Positions 36,501 through 49,171 of a stretch of DNA of 64,000 bases are shown piece by piece. The notes beneath the pieces were generated by a model. It was not told where the DNA came from, did not search any database, and saw only the letters and a list, made by a program, of their open reading frames with translations. Origin of the DNA: Microbotryum violaceum (taxonomy: Eukaryota); contig CDLV01000008.1 in the NCBI GenBank assembly GCA_001244265.2, positions 744,001-808,000 on the forward strand. Reading direction: 5' to 3'. How positions within the stretch are numbered: the stretch's first letter is position 1; every line of letters starts with the position of its first letter. Both the position numbers and the translations under genes were made by a program.

Positions 36501-38328
36501 GTCCTCATCACCCAAGTCGTCAACGGACGAGCCTCGACCACCCTTGAGCGCAAGATCCCTCTCGTCACAATCCGTAGCATCGGACTCTCCCAATTACGCG
36601 ATGATTGGTTCGCCATCAACGCTGGCATCTCCGAAGAAGGTGATCCCTTGTTCCACTGCTACTTCAAGACCGAGTTCGTCACGCACTTGATGCAACGCAC
36701 CAATGCCGCCGTTCAAGTCTTGATCGGACCTACGATCGCCTACGCCAAGAAGAAGGATAAGCAGGCGCAGATTACGTTTAAGAAGGACGAGAGCATCCGC
36801 AAGGACGACGTTTACAAGTCGTCTTCCGTGAGCGTTCCGAGTGGGGAGCCTGCTTCGAGCCAATCGAGACCACCAGTTCCGAGGAAAGCTCGGGCTCCTC
36901 GAGCGGCCACAAACAACAGGGCACCCCGGGCACCTGCAGCAGCTGTGAGTGCAATTATATCGGGAACACCTCGAGCGAGGCAACTGACTAGCTGCCTGTG
37001 CCTACAGAGAACCATGGGTCGAGCAACACCGCAGGCCCGAACTCTGCCCTCGGGAGGGTCTTCTTTCATCCCAGCTGCTCCCGCCGTTCGGGCCCAAGCT
37101 CCCGCCGCACCTTCCGCGGGTCGGGCAGCACCACCTCCTCCTTCAAGAAGTGCTGCGCCCCCACCGCCTCCTGCGGCACCCGAAAAGGAACAATGGAAAG
37201 CGTGAGTCCGGCTGTGATGGCTCTAGTCGCTATTTCGCTTGGTCCTAACGCCTAGCACCGATTAATGCCTGTTCAGCCTCCACAACTTTGAGACGAACCA
37301 ACCTGGCGAGATGGCATTGAAGAAGGACGACGTGCTCGATGTGTTGACAAAGGACGATGGTGGTTGGTGGCTCGTCAAAAAAGCGGGACAAGAAGGTTGG
37401 GCACCCTCAAACGTGAGTGGGGTTGCCAGCCGCGCTAGGTGTTCTACCTTCAACTAACTCGACAATGCACAATGCACAGTATCTTCAACTCATCCCGCCT
37501 GAACCCCGAGCTGCTCCGGCGGCCCCAGCTGCTCCTGCCCGACGTGCTCCCCCCATCGCCCCAGCACCAGTTCCCTCAGCCCCAGTACCTCGATCCGCAG
37601 CAGGTCGAGCGCCGGCAGCTCCTCGAGCCCCGATGGCTCACTCCGTTGCCGCCGACCCGAACGCTGCCCCGGTCTCCGTCTTCGGGTCGGGTGGCCCAGG
37701 TGGACTTGCCGCAATTTTGGCGGCGAAGCGAGCAGCTGCCGAAAATGGCGGTTTGAGCAGTCACGACCCGCCTGCGAGTTCGACTGGTAACTCTCCGGCC
37801 AATTCGAGACCTGGTTCTGGCCTTGGTGGGTTGAAGTGCCTCGTCTGCTGCTTGAAATCTATAGCGTGCTGATGAGAGCTTTGGTGTATTACAGGTAAGC
37901 CCATGACGCCGCCCAAACCGGGTCCCAAGCCATCACTCGCACCTAAACCCCCCGTCAAGCCCGCACTAAACGGCGCTGGAGCTCGAGGCGTTCCTCCCCC
38001 ACCAGCTCGACCTCAAGCCCCTGCCCCTCCTGGTAGACCGCCGGCTCCTGCGGCACCCGCTCGTCCTGCGGCTCCTACACTACCTGGTCGAGCTCCTGCG
38101 CCTCCTCCGAGTGCCCTCTCGCTGCCAGGTCGAGCACCAGCTCCTCCTGGACGACCGGCGATCCCCGCTGTGCCTGTTCGAGCGGTCGCCGCCCCTGCTG
38201 CGCTGGCTCGACCTTCTGGGGCTGGAGATGAAGGTGGAGGTCCGCTGGGTGGTGGAGAAGCTCGACCGCCAGCGGCGATGGATCTGCAAGCCGCTTTAAG
38301 GGCACGTGGGATGGGTGATCGATTGTAG
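33510..38328 (+). CDS. MYO1: Class I myosin (motor, IQ, TH1, SH3, Pro-rich tail), multi-exon
   Basis: [54 protein letters not shown]-site [35 protein letters not shown]1 region, SH3 (GWWLVKK..EGWAPSNY). The first coding exon is ATG only (33510-33512). Confidence 0.97.
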
Positions 38329-38753
38329 GGTGATGGATTGTAAGAGCTGCAGCGTGGACGGTTATACGATGAAGGTCCAGGTGAAAAATAGGAACCAATG
38401 GGCATGTGGTACTAGGTAGTTATTGCGCTCTCTTTTTTCTTTCTTCCTCAGAGCCATTTCTTTGACGATTTCCTTGTGGAACGAATAGATTGTCTGGTGT
38501 GTGTTTTGTGTTGCTTATCTCGGTGATGCTGGCCGATGACGAAGTCTTACCGGTGCATTCAAACTCCGAGCCGAGAAGTCGCTGCGCCGTTTGGCTTGCG
38601 CTCTGACCTCACACTCGCTCAGCTCACCCAACGTCGTTCGGCGACCTCTCTACGTCCCCCGCGCCCTAGACTTGCGCTCGACAAGGATCCAGCAAGACTT
38701 GAAGTAGTAGACACCACTCCCTTATCGTTCTTATAACCCCTCCCACCCTCAAC

Positions 38754-40701
38754 ATGGCCAAGAATGCCGTCGACGCGCACCGCAAGGCGTTGAAGAAGAA
38801 GGAGATCAAGCGCAACAAGGACGATCGTAAAAAGGTCAGGGAGATTTCGACCGTCAAGAAGGATACACGGAGTAAGTGACCGACCGTTACGCTCGAGCGC
38901 TGGGGGCTGGTTGTCGTAGTTCGTGGAGGTCGGCGAGGAGGAGAGGCTTTGTGGGGGTCGGGGACGTGACTTGGGGAGACGGGAGCTTGGATGAATGGAC
39001 CTGCACAGTTCAGGAGGGAAGACTACTGACAGTCAGTTTGACGTTGATTCATAGCGCTCGAATCGGATATCAAGAGGCTAGCATCGAAGAGGGATCTCAC
39101 CGCGAACGACAAAGAGCAGCTCGCCTCACTGCGATCCGAGCTCGAGAGGATCAACAAGGCCAAAGCGACGTGTACGCCATTCAGTTCCGAGGCCATCACT
39201 TTTCGTTCACGATATGGACCCTTCTTTTCTGACCGCTCTATCTCGAAACAGATGTAGAAGCCCATCCCGAACACCGCAAGTTCGTCTACCCCGAACGACC
39301 CGAAGGCGCGAACGGACCCGGCGGCGCTGGACCTTCCCGAGATCCACCTGGACTGTACACCAAAGACGGGAAATTGAAGCATCCCGAAAGGAGTATCTAC
39401 TATGATCCCGTCTTCAACCCTTTTGGTGCCCCACCGCCTGGCATGCCTTATCGCGAACGACGTGAGTCTTCTGTAACTGCGAAAGTTCGCCGAGTTTTGG
39501 TATGCTCTCAATCTGACCAGTCGTGGACTTGTTTTCTCTTTGCTTTGATAGCACCGACAGCGGAAGAGATGTCTGCCTTCATGCCCGCGCCCATGCCAGG
39601 TGTGTTCGACTTTGTGCACCGGTCGCAAAAGAGATTGCTGAACCGAGCAATGTCCTTCGTCTGGTAGCACCTCCCCCCGCCGAAAGTGAAGAAGATGACG
39701 ACGAGGATGACAGCGACGAAGATGACGAGGACGAAGATGAAGACGATGATATTGTCATGCCCGAAGGTCCACCCCCGGGGAGCGATGATTCGGACGAGGA
39801 TTCCGATGACTCTCTAGGTGATATCCCCATGCCGCCGGGACCTCCACCGCCGAAAGCGATGACTGGACCGAACGGACAGCAGAGTGCGTACATGTCTTTT
39901 GGCAGGTATGTTATCTGCATTACTACCAAAGATACCAACAATTTCTTTGCTTTCTCTGCTTTAGACATAACTCGCCCGGCTATTCAGAGGCCTAGTCAAG
40001 GGCCTCGACCACCACCCTATCCTCAACACCGCGGCTCTCATCCCAATTTCAACCCGCATCAGCAGTACCCTCCTCGACCCACTCCTAACTTCAGACCCCC
40101 ACCTTTTCACCCCAATGGACCATCGCAGCAGCCTCATCATCTCCCCGCCCGACCGCCACCCCCATCGCAACTTGATCTCATTACGGGCGAAATGTCAACA
40201 AATTATCAAGCGCACCAACACGCTCGACGGAATGATGCCCAAGCCAATGCTAGTTCTATTCCACCACCACCAACAGGTGATCCGCCTCCGCCTCCGCCGC
40301 CCCCACCCTCTGCATCGGTTTCTTCGTCTGCAACAGTGACGGGCTTGCCGACCCCCTTCGCCGCGATCGGAGCCAGTGCCCCTGCAGCCACTATCTCCGC
40401 CGCTCCACAACTACGAGATCTCAAAAAGGAAGCAACGGCATTCATGCCTTCCCATCTACGAAAGAAAAAAGCCACGACTGCTTCAGCTTCGACAGCCGCT
40501 TCAGCAGGTCTGGGCTCGATCGATGCGGCGCGTGGATCGGGAGAAGGTGGGAATCCGATCCCTGAACGAGCGAGCTTATTGGGTGCTTTGAAGGATGCGG
40601 GTATTAGTGGTCAGAAATCGATGGGCGGGGCGCAGACCAAGGCTGAAAGGGCGAAGGAGGATTACGCGAGGTTCGAGGCGGAGATGGCAGAGTTCTTGTA
40701 G
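38754..40701 (+). CDS. WBP11: WW-domain-binding protein 11-like splicing/mRNA biogenesis factor, multi-exon
   Basis: MAKNAVDAHRKALKKKEIKRNKDDRKK, LKHPERSIYYDPVFNPFGAPPPGMPY, acidic tract with DIPMPPGPPP, ISAAPQLRDLKKEATAFMP, DYARFEAEMAEFL. Confidence 0.85.
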
Positions 40702-40881
40702 AGCCTCGATCGTGGTCATTCAGAACGCATCTCTCTGGAGAGTTCGTGAATGGTTCGAATAGTGTGAGCGACTATATATTACTGCACCACAAGACATGGA
40801 CTAAGAAGCACTACTCGTTGATTGGGGGTCGTTAAATGTAATTACGTCCGAAGGGAGAGAGAGGGGCTCCAGGCCGTGGTT

Positions 40882-42262
40882 CTATACAGCATACGCATCG
40901 CTGTTACTAGTATGGGAGTCATCACTCAAAGCGTACTTCAAAGAGCTCCCAACTGAAGGTTGGTAAGGTCGAGGAACGGGAGGCAAGTTAGCAGAAAGTC
41001 GTGCGTTCGGATCAACCGAGCGAGGTTCGACTAGTATGGAAGAGGAGTTGGTGTCTCGCAGCATCAGGAGAGAGTGAGGATTGGGAGAGGCAATTCGTTG
41101 AGACTGGATCATGGAAGGCGCCGAGGTGGATCGGTACGAAGGAGGTGGGGTCGACGATCGGTTGGCCGAACGGATACCATCGTTGTTAGCAGCGACCGGG
41201 AGGAGGATGAGGCTGTTGGACGAGCGACGCGCTTGTTCTTGAAGTTCGCGGGTGGAAAGTTGCAGCGTCGTTTCGGGGCGGGAGGTCTCGGCATAACAGC
41301 TTGCACGTCGAGGTTGGGCATACAAGGCACAAGGGGGCTTGGCGGCCGAAGGTGGCAAAGTGTCCCATCCCAAGTAAGTGGCCTTGCTCTCTGATCGAAC
41401 TTGGAGAGAACCGAGGGGTTGCTTGTCCTCGTCAAAGTGCTTCTCATCCTCGTATGAGTCGAGGAGTTCCGACCCCGTGCTCGAGATGTGACTTTTGACA
41501 GAGTCGGAGCGATGGAGGTTGGTGGACGAGGTGGCGTAATAGGTGAATTGCGAACAGCTAGAGTGCGTCTGCGAATCGCCACGTTCATCCATCTCCTCGA
41601 GACGGCCCTTATAGCATCGGCGCTTGATCAAGTAGAATGAACCGATGATGACGAGCAGAGCTGATGAATCAGAGTGAGAATACTAAGTCGGTCGGTGGAT
41701 CAAACATGCAAGGTAGGGATGAACTAGACGTACCGACTGAAACGATGGCGAGGATGACCCAGGGGAACGCTTTGGACGACGAGTTGAAAAAACCGTTCGC
41801 GTTCGAGAACACGCCTGCCGACGAAGCTCGGGCCGAGAATGAGGCCGCGCGAGCATTGGTTGTTGTGACCGTCGTACGACCTCTTACGTCACTCGATGAA
41901 GAAGTAATGACCCCCGAGGAAGCTCGAACGTTGGCGGTGGTACGAACCGCCGCCACGACGGCGGCGGCAGAGGTCGTCGTGCGCAGTGCTGCACGCGCAT
42001 GAGTCGTTGTAGCCACTCGAGCCGCAGTCGTAGTAGTCCGAGCACGAGTTGTGGCTTCTGCCTTCACGCGTTCGGGGGTTGTCACTGCTCGGCCTCGGAC
42101 AGAGCTTGTTCGACGAGTTGTGGCATCGTCGTCCCCTGGGCCGCGAACGGCGAGTCGGTGTGCGGCGGTCGAATCGCGCGAAGAAAGGGGCGCAGGGGCT
42201 GCGCCGACCAGTGACGAGGCGAATGAGGCGCACAGCACCGAAAGAAGCAGACGTCCACGCAT
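40882..42262 (-). CDS. Uncharacterised single-pass membrane protein (signal peptide, Thr/Ser-rich ectodomain, TM, low-complexity cytoplasmic tail)
   Basis: Signal MRGRLLLSVLCASFASSLVGA. The TM (PWVILAIVSV/ALLVIIGSFYLI) is split by an intron at ~41663-41733 and followed by KRR. Confidence 0.75.
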
Positions 42263-43342
42263 GTTGATGAAGTCGTGAGGGTGGTTGAAAGAGAGATTTT
42301 GGAGGTGAAGAAGATCAGCCGACTGGGAGAGGAATTGACTGAAAGAATGGCAAGAGCAGACTGGTCAGTTTACCACGCTTGCACAAGTTGACATCGCGAC
42401 TGGGAGGCGGCGTCGGCTGCGGTGACACTTACGGTGACTTGCGGGGCAGTTCGGCTAGCGACTCGATCTTTTGAGATGAGGAGGTCGTTGAAGCACAAGC
42501 TCCCGCCGGTGAGGAGGGTGAATGGGTCTTAGGGACGGCGTGGTGGATGGAAGGAAGACAAGCGGAGCGGACTCCGTACATAGTGTGGTCATCTCGGTCG
42601 AGCGAAGTATAGGCATACTGCGAAGGGAGGACCATCACCGAGAGCGCTCGGCGAAGGTGAGTGGGCTGGGCGACGCGCGCCCAAAGATGGAGGGGTGGCT
42701 GGCCACTTAAGCCAGCCTTCCACCCGTGCGGCGTGCGCGCCCCACTCCCCTCCCGAAACCTGACGCTTCACCTTCAACTCGGCATGCAGTGCAATGCAAC
42801 ATGTTTCCTGACCCGAAAATGATAATGGCTTTGCATCGAGACCCGGTGGGGAACCGTGGGACTTTGCCGTCTCTGAGAGTTATCTTACGGGTACGGAATT
42901 TTCGTCGCGAATCGTTTGTAGGCGAGAAATGGAGCACGTGACTGGCAGTGCAGTCGAGGGCCGCGGGTCCGGGTAAGCTAGAAAACTGCGTTCTCGCACC
43001 CTCTGCATGTCCATGACCGCGAAAAGCGATTCAAGTGAACAAGTAACCCCAACACCAGTGTAATCTGACGAGCCTCTGTGAGGCACAGCTCTCATAGCGA
43101 AGCAGGATGAAAGGCGGGAAAATTGCCTGCAATTACGAGGAGGTCCGTGCGCCCGAAGTGACGCTCCTCGTTTTGTGAACGGGAGCCACTTTGCACCTGT
43201 CCTCCTCATGCCCTTTGACATTCTACGAGGCACCCACACCACACGACGACACCAATCGGCCTAGGAGTTAACCAACTGCTACACGTGGAGACACACACCA
43301 ATATCCATTTTTGATGCCGCAAGGCTTGACGCAACTGGTCCG

Positions 43343-45326
43343 ATGCAGAATCTCGAGTTGCGAGAGCTGTCCGGCTTGACGTCCAAGTATCGAGCGCATC
43401 TCATCAAGGGTAAGCGTCTTTCGACACGGTGTTGATGCGTTTGGTGGAGCTCTACCTCGGCTGGGGTGCTTGCGTTCTTGGCCATACGCTTGGAGCCCGT
43501 GCTCCATTGGAGCCGGGCGTTGATTGACGAGTCGCGGCGCGGTCATTCTACGGATCGACGTCGACTGCAGTTGAAGCCCATCCCTTCAATCTGAAAGCCC
43601 AAGTCCGATACTGATACGTGATTTAACCCTGTCTAGCTGGCTACATCACCGCATCCGAGGTGCTCCTCGCTCCGCCCATCACCGTAGCCAAAAGGACCAT
43701 GCTGCCGGGAAATGAGATCGAGGCGCTCCTGACCGAACTCTCGACCGTGCTGTTGTCCAGCGCGGTGCATCGATCTTTCACCGTCGCCGACCTGATTCGA
43801 GCTTCCCCGACCATCTCGTCTCGTGTCCCGGTCACAGCGCTCACTCCAGCTCCACGGCCGCTGACGACGACGACTGGGGACTTTGGCATCGACAAGCTGC
43901 TCGACGGCGGGATCGCCATAAGATCCGTGACCGAGATTGCGGGAAAGGCGTATGTCGCGACGCAAGTGTCTTGTTCGGGACACGACACGAACCAGAGCTG
44001 ACCCCGGCTTTGACTTGCAGATCATCTGGCAAGACACACTTGTGTCTTCAGGTCGCACTCAGCGCTCAATTGCCCGTGTCGAGGGGCGGAGCTGCAGGTG
44101 GAACGATCTTCATCTCTTCCGAAGGCATGGTCCCTTCGTCACGCCTGCTTTCCCTCGCCAAATCGATCTGCACCGATATGGATGTGAACAAAGTTGACAG
44201 TGAAGATTCATTCACACCCTGGGACTTCATGGACAATGTTCACACCGAAAAAGCGCAAGACGTCGAGACCCTCGAGCATCTGCTCGCTTTTGTTGTGCCG
44301 GCATTCATCGAGCGAACCCGCCGGAATTCTGAACTCGGTGTCATCCCCTCAACCTCTCAGCCCGATGACCCAGGATACGAGCTCCCTGCACGTACCAAGC
44401 CTCAAAAGGCGCCGTTGCCGATCAAGATGATCATCGTCGACTCGATCGCAGCGCCGATGCGGGGCGACTTGCCGGCCTCGTCAGTGGGGCTTGCGACCCG
44501 TGCCAAAAACTGCGGTGTCATTGGTGACTGGCTCAAGCGACTGGCACATGTATATGATTGTGCAGTCGTCGTAGTCAACCAAGCTTCCGATATCATTACA
44601 GGAGACCGCACCCCCTTGGCCTTTCTCGACGCTCCGGGGGGCCGTCGACAATATTCGCGTGGATCGGAGATGCCACCACCGCGGATACCCTCCCCATCAA
44701 TGCTACGACAACCGGCCTCAAGTCCCCCTCCCGGTGGAGGTGTGATACCGTTCGCAGGAAAACCCGCGCATGAACGCTACGGACTTCCACCCTTACTCTA
44801 CAATCGCTGCCAAACTCCTCATTTTTCGGGCCAGAGCCGCTCGCTGCGCTCGACGGCCGCGCTCGGTCACGCTTGGTCCAACATTATCAATACGCGCATC
44901 ATGCTCAGCAAAACGGGTCGTCGAAAAAGATTGGTCGACGAGGACGACAAAGAACTGGCCGCAGGACCCGAAGGCCCGGAGAAAGAAGTGAGGCTCATGT
45001 CGCTTGTGTTCTCGCCAATGGTGCCCCGAGCGACGATCGAGTACGTCATCATCGAGGCAGGGGTCAGAAGCATTGGAATGCCGGTCATGAGACCTTCGAA
45101 TCATGCGCCGGAACCTTTGGATCAAGAGGCGGACGAACGAAAAGTCTCGCCTCAGCAAACGCCGGTTCCGCCTCCGACGCTTCCATCCGAAAATTTGACA
45201 ACGGCGCATAATGAGTTGAACGACGAGGCGGATCACGAGGCAGAATTTCTTGACACTGCTGCCTTAGCACTGGACGACATTGTCGAAGACAGTCAGTTCG
45301 ATAGAGCTGATTTACTTTTGGCCTAA
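43343..45326 (+). CDS. RAD57: RAD51-paralog recombination protein, Rad57/XRCC3-like, 3 exons
   Basis: LTTTTGDFGIDKLLDGGI, spliced Walker A EIAGKASSGKTHL, Walker B MIIVDSIA, AVVVVNQ, ALGHAWSNIINTRIMLS; first exon MQNLELRELSGL... at 43343. Confidence 0.8.
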
Positions 45327-48300
45327 TATTCGCAATGTGGTTTTGGCAGGTTGGAAGTGGTCATGGGTGCATGGAGCCGCAGATCCCACATTCACAGCGG
45401 AGAGTGAGGGGTAGGAAGCACCGCTTAAGAGTTCACTGCAGGCGACTGTGTCAGTGGTTCTATTTTCTCCAAGTACCTACCTCATCATCCCGCGCCGACA
45501 CGCATTTCGAGACCAGACAATTACCCAAGATCAAGGAGATCGACCCTCCACGCAGTCTTATGGGAGCTGGTTAGTGAGCCGCTCTGTACCGTCACTTGTG
45601 TCGCGTCACTGAGAGCCTGCGGTGCATTGCCGCTAGCAGGTTCTAACTTGGACTCGGCCGCGAAGAACTCGACCACGTGCTCGCGACAAAGAGCTGGATT
45701 CTGATATATGCACCTAAGTAATTCATTACAAGACATGACATGACGAGCCCTGCAAGATGGCCCCCTCGCGTGGAGGCTGCGGCAGCCTCAGCCTTCACAC
45801 ACTGGTGCCTTGACTTGAATGTTGAATCCCCAACCCGCACATGTAGTACAGAGCGGGTCGGTCACTCGACAAGTCTATGTTGAGTTGTGGTGGTAGTCGA
45901 CTTAGTCAGAAACGTCGTGGTTGAAGCCTGGCTTGCTCTAGATGGAGTGGACGAGCGCATATCGATGACGTGTACAACCTCAGCGTTTGTCACCAGGGGT
46001 AGGTTTGGAATCGAAGTGGACACCAAAGGCTGATCGAGATACAGTCAGCGTACGACCCTGGCGTCCGGTACTGTCAGAATGAAGGGCTTCATTGACCCAC
46101 ATCGCAGGTGCCGCTTCTCTTCGTTCGTGAGCGACCCTACTCTCTCTGACTTGGTTTCCTGACAATCTCTTCCTGCGACTGTATGCGATTCTCAGCGATC
46201 GTCGGGAGACCGCCGAATGGCGCCAGGCGAGCGCGAAGATTGTCGCCTCGTTTGAGAGGAGGGTCTAAATTAGGATGCTTGGCGTTGAAGTCTGAGATGA
46301 ACTTATCGCGGAGCATATGTATGACTGGAAGGAAGAAGGAGAGATGCCTTCAAGATCACTGGCAGCTCGAGTGCAGAGGGAGCCACATCCGGCGGACAAA
46401 TGCATTCACTCACATAAACCCGCGCCGCAGAAGAGTGTGTCAAACTCCGTTCGCTCTTTACGCACATCCCGACTGTCCTTCCAATTCCTGCGTACCTTCG
46501 AGGAAAACAAATTGTGACTGTATTGCTGAGCAAAAATCGATTGCCTTTGAATGATGTCCCAGGCCTGGATGGTCAGCTGAGCTTGAAGCTTGATCCATGT
46601 TGGGATCGAGACGGCGTGCCAGATGACTTCGAACTCCCAGTAGAACCGGGGCAGCGGTTGGAAGAACGCAAGTTTCGTGAACAGCGCAAGAGCTGGGGGC
46701 AGGAACGCATTCCGTTTGTCGAGTAGAAGTCTCGAGTGACAGCCATGACTGTATTTGTAACGTTTATGAAGTCAGGTGATGAGTTGGCGGCGTGATGAGT
46801 GGATGACGCGAGAGCCAACGGAACACGCTTGGGAACCCAGCAGAAGCAGCTGGTGTGACACATGACCGGGAGGTGACCGGGTTCCGTCGGTCGGGCGCGC
46901 GTAGCAGCCAGAACCTCTCAGGACACTCCCAGGGCCTCCCAGGGGCACTAACTCGCCCAGTTAGCGCGGGCCAAGCTGCGAGCGCCTGCAGTTCCTCGCC
47001 TTACGCATACAAATCAGTCTATCCATGGCTTACGTCAGCTCACTACAAGAGTCCAACGACTCTTTGGTCTACCCAAGCTCAAGGCCAGTGGGCGATCAGA
47101 AAGGAGCGGGCAGGAACGATCGAGATTTTTACGAGATGGTCTTGGAGAGGATCAGCGGCGGGAGGTGGAGGATGCAGAAGTCGGGGACGAGAATGGAGAG
47201 CGTCTAGAGGAGGAGGGTCATATTGAAGGAGAGGATGAAGTTGTGGGCCGGGGGAGCAAGGGGGAGGAGAGGGCAGTAGAGGCTGGATTTTGGACCCCCC
47301 CCCCTCCCACCCACCCCACATCATATCACAACACATTTTCACTTCTGTCCAGTGGTACACTAAAACTCTTGTTTTCATCTTTCATCTAGTACAGGTCCGC
47401 TTCCATTTCTCCTGGACCGGCTCGTGGTAACTTGATAATTTTGGCGTCGACTCGGCGGTGGCTCGCGCTCTTTGGCTTCCAGGTTCTGGGTCGAGGGAGG
47501 GATCAGCAGACACAGGCAGAAATTTGGATCTGAGGGGCCAGGGACTGCCGAGGGGGAGGTTTTGAGGGGCCTTCATTGCGTCTGGTTGTGACTGAGCATA
47601 GACTTGGACCGTCGTGGGTCGAGGTGGTTGCGCAGTCGTTGTCTTGTCCTCATCTCGACCGAGTTAGGAAGTGGGTGCGGGGTGGGCCTGCTGTCATTAG
47701 TACACCGTTTATTTTTCCTTTATCTTTTCCTTCCCTCTCCTTCTCTCTCTCTCATTAGTCTCCTGGGAGGAGCAACCGCTTGGCTGGGGCACTTGAATGC
47801 GAAGTATCGGATTGGTGGACTTGGCCCGTTTCTCGCATCTTGCGGGCGGTTTGTGTTATCATTGTCCCACCTAGTTCTTGCGTAGAAATTGGGGGAACAG
47901 GAGCCGGGGGCAATATGATGAACAAGCTCGTTCTACAAAAAAAAAAAACTTCCTCAATGCGTCCAGCCTCGTCGAAACCGCATTAGATGTTTTTCTTTCT
48001 GTCGTACCTGCCCGTAGTAGGTACCGAAACTACCCGAGTCCGAAGTCATCTCCCTCAATCGTGAACGTCCTGATTCTACAGGAGCTTAAACGTCGATCAT
48101 GCAAGCGTCTTTCGGACATGATGCAAAGTATTTACATGGCAAATGCGTGTATTCGTACTACGCATTGCTTCTATGGCAACGGGTGGTGCATCATGTTTGA
48201 CTCCGCATGGCCTGCGCTGACGCACCTTGATCGGCGAAGATCGTCGGCATGCATGCCAGCACTTAAGGACGAAATCTGAGAGCCGGTCCGTTTGCCGATG

Positions 48301-49171
48301 ATCGTCCCGTCGTCGTTTCAATTTCTGGAAACACGCTGGCTTTTTACCTTCCGATGAGCATTCGGTGTAAAAGTCGAAGTAGCGATCATAAGGGGACGGC
48401 AAGTCGAAGATATTTTTGGATAAATCGACCTAGTGAAAGGCTACAGAGGACACCAAGTTCAAACGACTCGGAGCCTGGAGGCCACTGAGCTCTGAGGACG
48501 GGCCAGGGCGATCACGATCACGCGCCCCCAAGCCCCGGGTGTCGTTCGCCCCCACGCGATTCACCCGGGGTGAAGCGCCGATGTTGCAGGGCTCGCCAGG
48601 CTACTTCCCGAGGTCCCTGACTTACCCCCTCGCTCTCCCGCCAAGTTCGTTGTCGCCCTTGTCGTTCAGTTCTCGCTACACCGAGCCCCCATTCGTTCGT
48701 CTACGTGCCCAGCTGTACCTCTGGATTGCTTCTGTACCTACCATCCCTCTACGTCCGTCTTGTCCTCGTCCTCGTTGCGCCTCGACCGTGTGGTGACGGC
48801 GCGCTGCTTTAATCATCGATCTGCACTGCCCGTGTTGGCCGCGGTCAGCGCGCGTCGCTCGCCGGGTGGATCCCCACGTTCGAGCAGGGACGACTCTCAG
48901 GTCAGTATGGCAGGCTACCTTCGCTCAAGAGGTGGACATCGGGTGACACGTCCATAAGCTGACATTGCATTGGGCACATCGTGTGGACGAAACTTCGCTC
49001 ACAGAAGGCTGAATCGGTTCGCCCCGCAAGCGAGGCCCACAGCTGCGGACGGGGACGGCTCGACTTGCTGCTGAAAACGGATCGCCGCGTTGACGTGGTC
49101 ACGCGGTCGCTAATCCCGACGAGCCGCGTCGAGCTCGACTGCCCGACCTTGGCCGACGCACGCCCGCCAAC

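Noticed and set aside
42300..43300. Short ORFs between the membrane-protein gene and RAD57
   Set aside because: No motifs or consistent splice model; treated as divergent promoter/UTR.
45988..46860. TGTCAC...GTGACA as a possible solo LTR
   Set aside because: Flanks (GCGTT vs CATGA) give no target-site duplication; no PBS/PPT or second copy seen.
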